Below are positions 1 to 12,000 of a stretch of 64,000 bases of DNA, in pieces; the first letter of the stretch is position 1; each line of letters opens with the position of its first letter. The notes under the pieces were generated by a model. It saw only the letters and a list, made by a program, of their open reading frames with translations. It was not told where the DNA came from and ran no database searches. A program made the translations under genes and the position numbers. Where the stretch lies: positions 3,291-67,290 of the forward strand of contig NIVC01003968.1 of assembly GCA_002269645.1 (NCBI GenBank), in the 5' to 3' direction. This DNA comes from Macrostomum lignano. Its lineage: Eukaryota.

Positions 1-824
1 CCAGTACAGCCGTTGTTGAAGTGTCTCTCAAGCAATTTGAGTTGGATCTGTAGCGAAGGGGTTTTCTTGAACCCATCTTTCATTATTTCTTCAGCAGTCG
101 GCAAGTCTGAAAAATAATTTTTGTAGACTTCTAGCTTAGGAGCCAACTCATTGTAAAGGTCAGGGAGCTGCATGCAGAACTGCTCACAACCCTGGTCGGC
201 AAGGGCGCTGAGCTTCTCGTGGAACTCTTTGTGAACCAGGTACAGCTGCTCCGTGTGCCGAAACACGACTTCGACGAACTCCTCGCTCCACTCTGACAGC
301 AGTCCGAGCAGCTCTTGCCGATACAGAAGCAGCTTGGTGAGCTTGTCTACGAGAGCCTTCTCGTGGTCGCAGATCTCCTTGATGATTTTGTCCATCATTC
401 CTCCACCGACGCTGATGTTTGACTGTCGCTTCGGCTTTGGAACAACTTGACCAGACTTGCTGACGAGTTTATGAATCGAACTCACCACCTTTTCAGGATT
501 GCTCATCGTGAGCAGATCGTCCGGCTCGAACAGCTCGTCTTCGCGCATTCCAAACTCTTCTTGGCACTTTTCAACAAAAAAATTCAGATTTCTTTTAGCT
601 ATAATCGGGGAATTGATGGCGCAGCACGTTTCATTACCACTGGAGATGCGGCCTTCGCTCAGCTGTGTGAGCACTGTGCAAAGTATCTCACCATTGCTCA
701 GTAGCTGACAAAGATCTTGATCACTTGAGCAGTCTGAAGCAAATTCTGGATTAGAAAGCAATTGCTGGAGTGCTTGAATGCATTCCCCTCTTATTTTATC
801 GCCGGTGGTCAAATAGTTGTCCAT
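1..824 (-). CDS. VAV: Vav-like RhoGEF paralog B, intronless, partial (CH domain + start of DH; runs off the left edge)
   Basis: Manual translation from ATG at 824: MDNYLTTGDKIRGECIQALQQLLSNPEFASDC...LCQLLSNGEILCTVL...FGMREDELFEPDDLLTMSNPEKVVSSIHKL...IIKEICDHEKALVDKL. It is colinear with the 5995-7245 ORF and has no stop before the window edge. Confidence 0.8.
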   Translation of the reverse strand, partial: MDNYLTTGDKIRGECIQALQQLLSNPEFASDCSSDQDLCQLLSNGEILCTVLTQLSEGRISSGNETCCAINSPIIAKRNLNFFVEKCQEEFGMREDELFEPDDLLTMSNPEKVVSSIHKLVSKSGQVVPKPKRQSNISVGGGMMDKIIKEICDHEKALVDKLTKLLLYRQELLGLLSEWSEEFVEVVFRHTEQLYLVHKEFHEKLSALADQGCEQFCMQLPDLYNELAPKLEVYKNYFSDLPTAEEIMKDGFKKTPSLQIQLKLLERHFNNGCT

Positions 825-3587
825 AGAACTGGCTTCTTTGAAGATCGTTCTGTGTTGCTTTTGCTAAACGAAAAGAACTGCTTCTTTGCTTTTTCGCTCT
901 TGTTTTGATGGCTGCTCAGAGATTCAATTTAAAGCGATGCTATTGTGCTCCACTAGTACCTCGGGTCTTGGGTAAAAACTCAAGCGCAACATCAGTTTTT
1001 AAGGCGTACGAGCGTACGTGTCTCAATGTACAGTTCTGTTCACTGGCGTGCGTACTTTCTTGCCCACCCCTAACAGGACTCCGAATATGCACATTGCTAA
1101 CTCAAAGGAAGCCTCCATCCTGAAGGCTACAGTGCTGTACCTCGAAAACGACGAAAACTTTACCTCCTGCATTATAGAGTTGTTTGTGAGATATTACATC
1201 CAGACCACATACGCATGTAGGTTCAGAGGGTCAGAATTTCATTAATTAAAGTTTTTCTTAGCAGTTTCGTCAGGTTAGCTCCATAATCTAGAACATATAT
1301 GTTTTAGTTCGAGAAAGTTGTACGATATTAATCTCTTTTAATGAAATGATACTTGAAAGCGAAATCATTTTACTACTTTTGTTAAATAGATGGCAAACAA
1401 TCAGTTTCTGTCAAAACAGTTGCCTAAATTTAAGGCAACTGTTTAAATTTACCTTTCAATGTTATTTAAAATCTCTGTTTCGGGTACGTGTTCTTGAGTC
1501 ATAGGCAGGTCAATGTACAATATTTTATTGCAGATTATAGTCAGTTCGGCTTATAGCTGCGACGGTTGGATTGTGTCCCGTCAAACCCTCGATGGGAAAA
1601 ACCTCTGTTGAAGAGCGATCTGGGACTGTCTCTTTCGCGCGTACGACGGGCGTACGACGATCCAATCTCAAGTAGGCCCAAGCCCACAAAAAACCGAGCA
1701 AGAAACAGCTTAAGCCAACTGCCGCTTTGCCTCCACGCAACAGTTGAGGGACCTAGCAATATGGTCAAGGAACGGTCGAACAAAATGAGGTGTCAGGGGT
1801 CCGATTAAATAGACGACCGGGCTGAGGTCATGATTGGTTAAAGTGAGCAACAAATAGAGGGTGAGGCGGCATGTGACTTGAGCCAAAAGTTCACAGTCAA
1901 TCAAGAGACCAACATCGCAGGGCACAAATAACTGAGGATGTATGCACTAGTTTCAATCCAAGTTGACGACGCCGCGCGCAGGCTAGGGAGACAAATAATA
2001 TAAATATTGACGCAGCAAGAATATAAATACAATAGTTAATAATTATTAAATACTACGCCTCTACACAAAAACATGGAGACTCAACTCACTACAGTAAATA
2101 AATAAGCATTTGATGGAGGGCTGCAGGCAAGCTGGCGATATCGCCCTACCAGCGCTGAAGGCAGTTCTGTCCATTTCGCTGACTCCTGAGAACAAAACAA
2201 CCGTGCCACGAACTCATCCACACGCTCACGGGGCAGGGTGTACGGTACAGCGGCCTCTCTGTGCCTTGGGATTGGCCCTCATGACTGTGAATCGAACTAC
2301 AACCTTCAGTGGTTAAAATGAAGCTCACAAGCTTCAAGTGAATATGTCCGGGCACGGATTTGAACTCGAGTCGTGTGCAAGAATCAGACGCGTTTACTAC
2401 CGCATGATGCAGCTTTTACAAAAACTCTGGGTAGTCTTGACTGAAGGTTGTGACAGATTTCACTCAACAACATGTTTAAGTTTCCACTCTGATACTGTAC
2501 CAGTGATCAACATGTGGCAGCTTTAATCCAACTCAACCCGTAAATCTCCACCCTCCTCACCAGCCTAAGCCAGGGCCTTGTGACTGCATCATCCACAGTT
2601 GAGCCGAGAACCGTGGGAGTGGTTTGAATTGCGTCACTTGGGGCTGAGATCTGAGAAAAGTTGACCACTGATTTCGGGGTGAAAACTCTGCCCCAACTTC
2701 GTTCAATTCAGTCCAAGTCAATCCAGATTTTTCTCGTGAAAGCTACATTGTATGTTATCAATATGTTATCTATCTGTCAACAGGATCGCGTCTTTTGACT
2801 TCTGCTGTTACTCGAACTTGCTTGTCTAATGCCCAATTTGAGGGCTTCATTAACTGAAAAGTTGTAAAATAAGCATACAGTCAGTTTCTAATCTAATTTA
2901 TTGATAATGCAGTAACGACCTGATAAGGTAAATAGTACATTTACTAGAGATTTTTGGTTCTTCTCTGGTATTTGTATGACCAGAACTGGCTGTCATGGCA
3001 ACTCCAAACGAAACACAAAAATTAAACGGAACAAATGCGTCACGCTTGATATTTTACACACTTGTGAAACAGCTGGATGCAAATTTTCGCAATCAAATGC
3101 GCGATGCAATTAGGCTGGCAGTTAAAGCTTCTCTGTAGCTGGCTGTGACGCCAATTTCGTGGCCCGGTGCCTCTATTGTTAGCTAGTTGAGCTCGCAGGA
3201 AACTTGACTTTACTTGGCTTAGCTGCAGGGGCATCGTCCAGCGGCGGATGCAGCGAGTAGGCAGAAGGGACCGCTCATTTCGCTAGCCCCTGGAGTCCAA
3301 AAACTTCCAGCGAAGGCCTGCAACCGTCGGAGAGAACCAACGGGTTAGGTCCGAGATGAGTGAGCCTGGCCCTGGTGAAAACTGGACAGTGGCAGGTAAA
3401 GTACACAGGGTTTTCACTATCTGAGCAGCAGAAGAAGCGCACCGCTTCTCAAGGAAACAGCCATGCTGACTGCTCTGAGGCCTCTGCGCAGGAGACGCGT
3501 CACGGGACCAAAGGAGATCCTAAGTTTACTGCTGCCACGCATGTCACAGTACTACCCACTGTCAAACCACTAAAGTGTCTATTGTAC

Positions 3588-4690
3588 AACAACAACAACA
3601 AAAACAACAACAAATTACGCAGCCCCCCACGCAAGGTCACAGTGAGATCAGGGCACGTCAGATGGTGCGCCGCAGAGCCTGACAGCGGACAAAGTCCGCC
3701 CCGTTGGCAGTGTCGGGCGCCCCGGCGTCGCATAGGAGGCAGTCCACGTATCGACGAGTTTGGGCCTGACTTTGCCTGAACGGGCCCTGCAAGATGAGCA
3801 GCAGGACTTCCTGAACAGGTTAGGGGCAGTAGCCCTCGACCCGGATCACGTGGCCCGCCAGTTAAAGTCGCTACCGGCTCAGGATAATCGACAGGCGCTG
3901 CAGCTTGGCCCAATCCTACAGGGCCTCGGTCCCGACGCTCTCGTCAGCTCGAAAAGCCGCACGGAGCAGCCCTGAGTGCGCCGAGTCCAGCTGCCGCTCT
4001 AGCGTAGCCGTCAGGCATTGTATAGCAGGACGGTTTCGACCACCGCCTGCCACAGCCAAGCCCTCTGGCGGTCGGGCGGCGCTTCGGACTGGAGGACGGC
4101 TCGGATCGACGGAAGGCTACCCAGACAAGTACTCTGCGCCGCCGGAGGTCTTCCTCCACGTGGGGCACCAGACCGCCGAGGTAGGTGAACCGCTGGCAAC
4201 GTGCAAACTTGGTTGTCTGCCCGTCAGGCCCGCTGGGATGTCGACCTGCACAGTCAGCACCTCAGTCTTTTGCGTGTTGACAACCATACCGACGCTAGAT
4301 GCCACCTCGACCAGCCGGTCGATCTGGCACTGGGCGCCTTCGACGGACGAGGACAGGAGGGCGAGGTCGTCGGCGTGGCCAAGCAAGCTCGGGCGCTTTT
4401 TGCTGTGGCGGCGAACGATGCGTCTGCGCGGCAGGAAGCCGTCGTCAGCCGAGGGAACAGCACAATGTCCTCCGTGGTGACTGGGCTGGTGCAGAAGTCC
4501 TCATCAGCTGGGGTGTCCAGTGGGAGCGCAAAAAGGCAGGCAGCGGCGACGCGGGCGCGGTCAGGATGCCGGCGAAGAAATCGCGCAATTCATTCCTGCG
4601 CTCCTCCGGGGTGTCACTGGCCAAGTTCAGCGCCACTCGCTTTTTGCGCCCCGTCAGAGTCCGCAAATCCGAATGGCCAATCCATTGATA
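3588..4690 (-). mobile_element. Degenerate, internally deleted RTE-like non-LTR retrotransposon
   Basis: Minus-strand fragments LGHADDLALLS (YADD-like RT motif), VNTQKTEVL and LWQAVVETVLLY are typical of RT/thumb regions. A (TTG)n 3' tail lies at about 3588-3613. Confidence 0.7.
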
Positions 4691-5374
4691 GTACACAATG
4701 CGACTTGCATGAAGTTTACAGTTAGGACAAAAAAACCAGACAGAAAAGTACTTTCACTAGTTTAGCTAGCTTTCCACTTCAGCTATCAAGACACTGCGAT
4801 GTTTGAGATCTCACATCTGCGAATGCAGCAACGGATATTCTGTCAGCTCTTCTGCAAGCATAGCTAGTTAGTAGCCTGTGAACTAAGTTATTTCAAATAT
4901 ATATATATATATGTATATAGTGTGAAAAAATTACCAATTGACAGTGGAGTCACCACAGTGCGGCCGATAAACATTCACTCAATAATTGGTTTGGTAATTG
5001 TCTACAGTAACTTTGTCATAGATTGGTATGCAGACTGGATGCTTCGGCAAGAGTGAACAGCAACGAGATAAAACTCAAACTTTATATTTAAATTTGATAA
5101 CGTTTGAATTTTTTCTGAGTATCATACAAGAACTACTATTAAAAATAAGTGGCTGATCTACTAAATAATTAAGCGCGTGACAAAAAAGACTTTTGTTGAC
5201 GAAAAAACTTGAATAGAACGTGAAACAATGGTGTGAAAAACTTTCATCTAGACTGCTAGCAGAAATGTGAAGAACTTATGATATTCACGATTAAAGATTC
5301 GCTGTGTCAATAAGGCAATGGTTAGCTATACTGTTTAACTAGAATAGTTAGGGGAGTGCACGAGCACTAATAGT

Positions 5375-7245
5375 CTAATTCGAAGTGCTGAACTCAATGC
5401 CTTCGTTCAGTGTACAATCTATAGTGGTAAAATGAATTGACAGCTTGTTTACTCGATAGAAGTCCAACAGCTGGTCCAAGCTATCGAACGCTTTTGTGTT
5501 CTCGCCTAGAGAACACTTGCCATTGCTTTCCACTATATTGATGTGCTTGATTTCGGTGCTGGTCTTCAAGGAAAGAGCTTTGCCGCCGGTCCTGCTGTTG
5601 CGAATCAGAAATGTCCCCTCGGGCCGATCTTTGAGAAGCTCTTTTGACCCGTCTCGCGACAGATTTCCGTGATCGACCTCTCGAGCTGGCAGGCCAACGA
5701 ACCTCTGCATGCAGCGCAGGTGACAGCGGTTGTCGCAGTGGGCGCAGCTGTATCCTTGCATAAAAGAGCCGGGCAGAATCTCCTGGCATTCGGAGCACTG
5801 CGACCCTTCGGGTAGCGTCTTGAGCTCGAACTTGTGACCATTGGAGTTCCATCTGGTCGGTAAGTTTAAAGACTTTGCGTCCAGTAGAAGTTTTTTCCAC
5901 TTTTCCAGCTCTTCTCGTCGTTTCTGACACTCGAGGACCACCCTGTCGCCATTTTTTCTTGAAATCTCAAGGCCTGATGCTTTGTCGCCGTTTTTTACGT
6001 TCGCGATGCTCTCGATTGGATGTGAAAAGCGTATGTGTTGCACTGGCACTCTTTCTTTTGCAATCTGGAGGCAAAAATCACCTGTTTCGTTGTTACAAGG
6101 CAGGTGCAAGTTTGACTCTCAACCTTGCCCTGCTTTACCGTTTTCACCTTAAAGCACTCGTCGGCTAGATGAAGCCCAATCAGTGCTGGATCTGCAAGGT
6201 CTTTTGGAAGCTTGCATATCTGACCCAGAATGGCTTTCGTGACTGCGAGGTGCTCAGCTTGCCTTTTGTATTCATTGGCTCTGTTAAGAAGGTCCTGAAC
6301 TCCTGCAACAACTTCGCCTATATCATTTGCTAAGTCAGGAAAGTCCTTTCCTGCAGCCTTCTGCAGGCGCTGAAAGAGCATGAGGCAGCTCGTCGGCTGA
6401 CGGATCGGAGCGCTGAATAGAGCATGAAAAACCAGACCAACTTGACCGTTGCTGAAGTGCTTCTCAAGCTTGGTAATTTGGTGTTTTTGTACGGGTGATC
6501 TCTTGAACTCTTCTTCCATTCTATTTTGAGCAGTCGGCATGTGCGAAAAGTATTCCTTGTATATCTCTAGTTTGGGAACCATCTCACGAAATAGTGGTTT
6601 GAGCTGCTTGCAGAACTGCTCACAACCCTGGTCGGCAAGGGCGCTGAGCTTCTCGTGGAACTCTTTGTGAACCAGGTACAGCTGCTCCGTGTGCCGAAAC
6701 ACGACTTCGACGAACTCCTCGCTCCACTCTGACAGCAGTCCGAGCAGCTCTTGCCGATACAGAAGCAGCTTGGTGAGCTTGTCTACGAGAGCCTTCTCGT
6801 GGTCGCAGATCTCCTTGATGATGTTGTCCATCATTCCTCCACCGACGCTGATGTTTGACTGTCGCCTCGGCTTTGGAACAACTTGACCAGACTTGCTGAC
6901 GAGTTTATGAATCGAACTCACCACCTTTTCAGGATTGCTCATCGTGAGCAGATCGTCCGGCTCGAACAGCTCGTCCTCGCACATTCCGAACTCTTCTTGA
7001 CACTGTTCGACGAAGAATTTCAGGTTACTTTTAGCCATAAACTGCGAATTGATGGCGCTATACGTCCCATCGTCGTTCGAAATCCTTCCATTGCTCAGCT
7101 GCGTGAGCACTGTACAGAGTACGTCACCATCGCTCAGTAGCTGACAAAGATCTTGACTGTTTAGGCAGTCGGCAGCAAAGTCTGAGTCTGACAGTAGACG
7201 CTGAAGGCCTTGAATGCACTGTTGGATTTGGCTTTGGTTTGCCAT
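5375..7245 (-). CDS. VAV: Vav-like RhoGEF paralog A, intronless, CH-DH-PH-C1-SH2, with one -1 frameshift near 6030
   Basis: ORF 5995-7245 gives CH, DH and the start of PH. Overlapping ORF 5375-6109 gives the rest of PH, C1 (HKF...CSECQEIL...GYSCAHCDNRCHLRC) and SH2 (LSRDGSKELLKDRPEGTFLIR). This domain order is diagnostic of Vav. Confidence 0.8.
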
Positions 7246-8276
7246 CGAACGGTCAGAGCGTAGTGCGTGCTTGAATAGCTTTTCGTTTCTTTTTTACTTT
7301 AGTAGACCGAAAGAGTAAGCCTAGAGCAGACCTTTAACTGGATTGGTTTCTTTTTTAGCTAGTAGTTGCAGCGGCAACTGATTTATTTGGATCTTGAATC
7401 TTAGATGCTAGTCATGTCCTATGCTCAATAAAGTCGTCTCTATTGCAGCATCTACGCTCAGAGGGAGAGTTCTGATAAATAGCTTGTGACCATGTGTACA
7501 AACAACTCGCTCAGAATGGGCAGATGGGGCTGGAGTGAAACGAACTATGCTATCCTGGTGTTGTCAAGTTCTCTACTTATTTTTTGGCATCGTGGGCTAG
7601 AAATTCCTACCATATGCTCGTATTTGTTTTCTACCCGCATGCATCGAGTTTGCAGGGTTGAGCGGAGAGATGCGCGCCTATCTCTGTTCTATTTTTAGTA
7701 CTTACCTACTGGCCTATTGAAGGATGCGTTCGTAGCGAGAGACAGTTTATTGTCGACTATGTATATTCGAATACTGAATCCTTGTTCTTAGGCAAGAAAA
7801 TGTATACCAACTATCCTTTATTCATGTGCGTGTACATTCGATTCTTTTTGGTTCATTGTATTTACATAATTAAACTGCAGCTTTCTGCAGTCAACATCCG
7901 CTATTCAAAGAGGAAAAATTCTCAAGTCTCGTATTTTAGTTAGTAGTAGTTATACACTAATTTTTAGACTGGCTACTAGCAAAAAAGTAGTATTATTATT
8001 TTCTGATAAAAATTATCGTCTACTTTGTTTGTTATGATATGAATTCAGGGCACTCGGATTTGCGTCGAATGCCTGCTGATTGATATAAGACCTACTAACA
8101 GATTATTTTGTGCATTATTACGAGCTAAAATAGAAAATGCAGAGAGTGCACCTTGGCAAGAGAGAACTAAACTGACAAATAAGTTACGAAATCCATCATG
8201 GAAAAAATAGTTTCTGTTGATTACATATGAAGTACTGACTGACGGTTGTCTCGGGTGGTTTGGTAGGTCTTCAATA

Positions 8277-8980
8277 TCCCACCGCTGCCACCAGTGAAGT
8301 AGTCACTCTTAGCTTCCCGATTTAGTTTCAGGCACTTAAAATCTACCTTTAAATTCCGGCGCCTCTTCAGTCGGAAGCTCTATAGTTGTAGAGTAGGTAG
8401 TGCTGCCACCATTCTGTCGGGTCTCGGCCTTCGGTGAGGGTGAGTTTCCTTCGGGACGAAATAACTAAGACGAGTGAGATTGAGATCTGTAGCTCAACCT
8501 ACAAAGGCATCTCGTCAGCAGATCCTGTCGGGCTCAATGGGTGGTTGGGAGGGCAGGGTTAGCCTCTTGTCGGCTTGGGGCCTTTAGTTGGATGGTCAGG
8601 CTAGCACTTATAGGCTGGGAATCCCATTGCGCCATTGTGCGCAAGAACTCGTGATTCCTCCCTCCTACCTTAGAGAAGGCAGGCGGGACCCGGGACACAT
8701 TCTGCCGTAAACACAGACTAGCTCACATGACAAGGGAAAACAGGCCACCAACTGTGACCTCAAATGGAGCAAACCAAGAACAGACCACAGCAGAGATGCC
8801 CATGGTAGCAAACAAAAGCACAGAGAAAACGCAGCACAGGGAAGTGTGGAACGCAGGCAGATCAAAAAGGGGAGGGAAGCTGCCCAGCGGCAGACAGTAA
8901 CCCAAAGCTGGGCGAGGGCGAGGGAAACTGCTGACAGTAGGGCGACGCCAGACACTAAACTAGCGACTAACAACACATAG
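8277..8980 (-). mobile_element. LTR retrotransposon remnant: probable LTR followed by a tRNA-Leu PBS
   Basis: The minus strand reads ...GACTACTTCA-C-TGGTGGCAGCGGTGGGAT at about 8278-8295, complementary to the tRNA-Leu 3' end. A TATA-like CTATAAG is at about 8605 and a possible TG start at about 8978. No internal ORF follows. Confidence 0.5.
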
Positions 8981-9008
8981 CTGGTAATTATTCATAGAAA
9001 ATATGTGA

Positions 9009-9577
9009 TTAAATTTCATTGACTCTGAAAAACTTCAATCCAAGTGGCCTTTCACCAGCGTCGTTAAAGTGCAGCTTCAAGGAGGCGTCGAAGTAGGGCA
9101 GCATGACGCACTCGAGCTTGGCTGGGTGCCAGTAGAGTCCGACGCAGTCCGGTCCAAAGATGCAGCAGCTGATTGTGCAGTCGAATACGCTGGGAATTCT
9201 AGAAATTGAACATCCCAGATCTATCTGGTCGATCAAACTTAGGATTCACTGATTTTACAGTCGGATCCACGAAACTATAGAAAGGATTCACAGACGTACA
9301 TCTCTCAGATCTCCGATTTTTTACACTCCTTATCACTCCTTAATCCACTTGGCACCATGTCGATGATCGCAGCGGAGAGTTTCATGACCTTGGGCTTGGG
9401 CTTGCTGATCATCTCTACTCCCGCGGCGTGACAGGCCTTCACAGCGTCTCAGAATGTCACAAGTGTTGCATTGAGCTCCGTGATGCACCAGGTTGTCTCG
9501 GCGCTATTCAATGAAATCGCACCACTGGGGCAACCTCGAGCTTGCGTAATTGCGAGCAGAATTATAAAAATCGCGAT
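9009..9577 (-). pseudogene. C-type lectin + PAN-like pseudogene (copy 0)
   Basis: Signal-peptide-like IAIFIILLAITQARGCPSG...WCITE...TF*DAVKACH has an in-frame TGA at 9449-9451 and the CTLD core is missing. The C-terminus DLGCSISRIPSVFDCTISCCIFGPDCVGLYWHPAKLECVMLPYFDASL is homologous to the intact copies. Confidence 0.75.
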
Positions 9578-10171
9578 GGCTTGTTGACTTGAAATTTGTG
9601 CCTCGGAACGCATATTCTTGTCTTCGGAAATAACGATTGAGCTTTCAGATTACAGATTTGGGTCAACAGAGTCTTTATGGAGCAAAGCTCAGAGCGCTGG
9701 CTTCTTTGCTTAAAGCAATTTTTCGCGTGTAACAATCCCGGACGTCTGTCTAAGGAGCTTTGCCTAGGCAAACACAGAATGCGTTTACTAAATTTCTGCA
9801 CATCCGCGTTGGTAGCTACAAGACTCTAGATCCTGTAGAACTCTTCTGTGTAATGTCCGGAAGCCTTCCTGTGTAATGTCTGGAGCAACCAACCTGTTTT
9901 CTTGTCACGGTTGTCACGACAAATCCTAAGATATTCTGCCTCAGACAATATGATTGAGCAATACGAGATAAGATCGAACTTGAAAAGCCCACATATCAGC
10001 TGTCTTGAAAGCTTTCACGCATCTGTGTCATATGTCAGCACTATCTGCCTTCTCGTGCATTTGAACTCCGACAAGAAACACTGGGTATACGTAGGAGGTT
10101 TCTTGGGACTTTGAAAATTTATTTTATTTTGTAAACATTATCTACATATAGTACGAGTGTAGATTTAAGCA

Positions 10172-10954
10172 TCACATTAGACGCAGATACTTCGTCCACT
10201 GCATCTGCTCAAGATTGTTGGCGGAAAACTCCGAGGCATTGAACGGCAGGCTGGCGTCAAAGTGAGGCAGCAGGACGCACTGCCTCCTTGTCGGATGCCA
10301 GTAGAATCCGATGCAGTCACCAAAACGATATTTGAGGCAGAACTGAGCGCAGTTTAAGTAGAATCTGGCAGCCGGCTCCTTGATCCAGCAACCAAGGTCA
10401 AGTTGGTAGCGCACGGCGATTTCCACTCGCACGAATTTTCCGCTGTCCAGTTTTGTCGTCAACCGATCGGCCGCAGCACTGTCCGAGTAGCAGTACACAA
10501 AGTGGGTCGCTGAGCATGAATCATCTCTCAGCTGTCCGTTCGTGCTGGAATATGTCGTTACACAGTCCTGGTTGTAGGCATTATTTGGCTCGTTCGTCTC
10601 AAAGTAGTTTTCGGTTCCCGTCGTTACGTCGCCATCCTTGATCCATATCCAACCAGCTTTGCTCTTGTCTCTCTCATCGAGCGCGTCGACCAATCCGACC
10701 CACCACTGCTCGGGTGGAATGTTGCCGGCTGACTTCATGTCGTCATACACCGTCTTGCTGATCATCTCCTGGCCGTTGGAGTGGCACACTTTAACCGCCT
10801 CGCAGAAAGTCCTTCTGACATCGGTGTACTTCTTGACGCACCACGGCTTCGAAGTGTGGCCAACCTGGGTCATGTCAGGTGGACAGGACGACGCAGTAAG
10901 CATCACCAGCTGAGCAGCCAGCAGAGGAATCGAGAGATAAGCTACAAAGCTCAT
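10172..10954 (-). CDS. Secreted C-type lectin (EPN motif) with C-terminal PAN/apple-like domain, intronless (copy 1, 260 aa)
   Basis: Hydrophobic signal peptide; FCEAVKVC, WWVGL, WIW, EPNN and DCV...RDDSC...VYC motifs of a CTLD; C-terminal C-x(11)-C-x3-C-x7-CIGFYW-x6-C pattern. Confidence 0.9.
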   Translation of the reverse strand: MSFVAYLSIPLLAAQLVMLTASSCPPDMTQVGHTSKPWCVKKYTDVRRTFCEAVKVCHSNGQEMISKTVYDDMKSAGNIPPEQWWVGLVDALDERDKSKAGWIWIKDGDVTTGTENYFETNEPNNAYNQDCVTTYSSTNGQLRDDSCSATHFVYCYSDSAAADRLTTKLDSGKFVRVEIAVRYQLDLGCWIKEPAARFYLNCAQFCLKYRFGDCIGFYWHPTRRQCVLLPHFDASLPFNASEFSANNLEQMQWTKYLRLM

Positions 10955-11343
10955 GCTATTGGAGAAGTCAGTTTGTCTAAGTTAGAAATTTGCAAGTCTC
11001 GCCAGAAGCTTTCGGTCCACGCTCCCGACTTTATTTGATACAAGCCAAGGGTTTTCTCTCCCTCATCCGCTTTTTCTACTTTACAAAGCTGTTGTGCGTT
11101 GCTAGGAGCAACAATGTCAACTTAACGCAGCGAGTTTTTGATAAAAAAACTAAGCAGAGCTTGCGTCTCACATCCGGGCTGCTATTCGTAGAAGTCACGA
11201 CTTTGTGTTCCGGCTTTTTTATGCACAAACTGAAGCATCCCATTGACGGGTTTGTAGGACCAAAAAGTTCCGTTTTACCCATCACGCGGAGAATTTTTTA
11301 AATAAAATATACCTAAATAGAAGTGAACCAATTTACTATTCGT

Positions 11344-12000
11344 TGCATACTTATGACTTACTTGTCTTAGCTGAATTGCGCGCCGGGCATCAGGGAGGAG
11401 GGTTACATTCCGTAACCCATGGGGACTGCGGGAAACACGTTAGCTCACTTCTCTCTGTGCTTGGATGCCACATAATAGTTAATCCGAGTTGTGACAACGG
11501 TGGTGTGGGGCTGGGGGCCACGGGCAGGGGACCAGTAAAAGACCCGGTCGGGCCAGCCTTGGCCAGGCGATCGGCCAGCTTGTTACCGAGGTGGCCTGAG
11601 AGCCCAAGGTAGGGGCACCTTGTTGGAGACGCAGTCTGAGTGGAGGCTGATCTTTTTTTCAAGACTTGCTGATTTTTCAGCTCCATGACACAGGAGCTGA
11701 GGCGAGAACTTCGTTCTAAAAAACGGTGGAGCAGGTGCCGTTGTGTTGGGAGAAGGTCGCCACAGTTTTAACTCCAGACACAATGCAGTAGCGGTAGCCA
11801 GAGGCGGAGTTGATTTGGGACCCATCAGTGAAGCTGTGGATTTCACGGAGCTTCCAGTTGTCCCTTGCTACCTGGCGTGGTAGAATGCTGGTATTGAATT
11901 TAGGCGGAGGGCAGAGCGTGGACGGGTTTCCAGCCGAGAGGGTCAGCAGTCCTCCCGCTGCATTCTTCTTACAAGTGTGGGGCCCGCTACTTGCATTTCA
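11344..12000 (-). mobile_element. Degenerate RNase H-bearing non-LTR retrotransposon 3' fragment
   Basis: Broken frames give EIHSFTDGS, STVF.NE.LA and GHLGNKLADRLAKAG (RNase H motifs). A degenerate (TAAG)-like tail lies at about 11344-11368. Confidence 0.7.

Noticed and set aside
253-708. Plus-strand ORFs duplicated at 6689-7140, and similar short antisense ORFs over the lectin and MATE genes
   Set aside because: Antisense shadows of the real minus-strand genes; they are duplicated only because the genes are.
8420-8465. Hammerhead ribozyme (two cUUCGg hairpins followed by CGAAA)
   Set aside because: No CUGANGA core and no stem III partner; the region is better explained as LTR sequence in the opposite orientation.
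9449-9451. Selenocysteine TGA replacing a conserved Cys in the lectin copy
   Set aside because: The same copy lacks a start codon and the CTLD core, and I saw no SECIS; a simple nonsense mutation is more likely.
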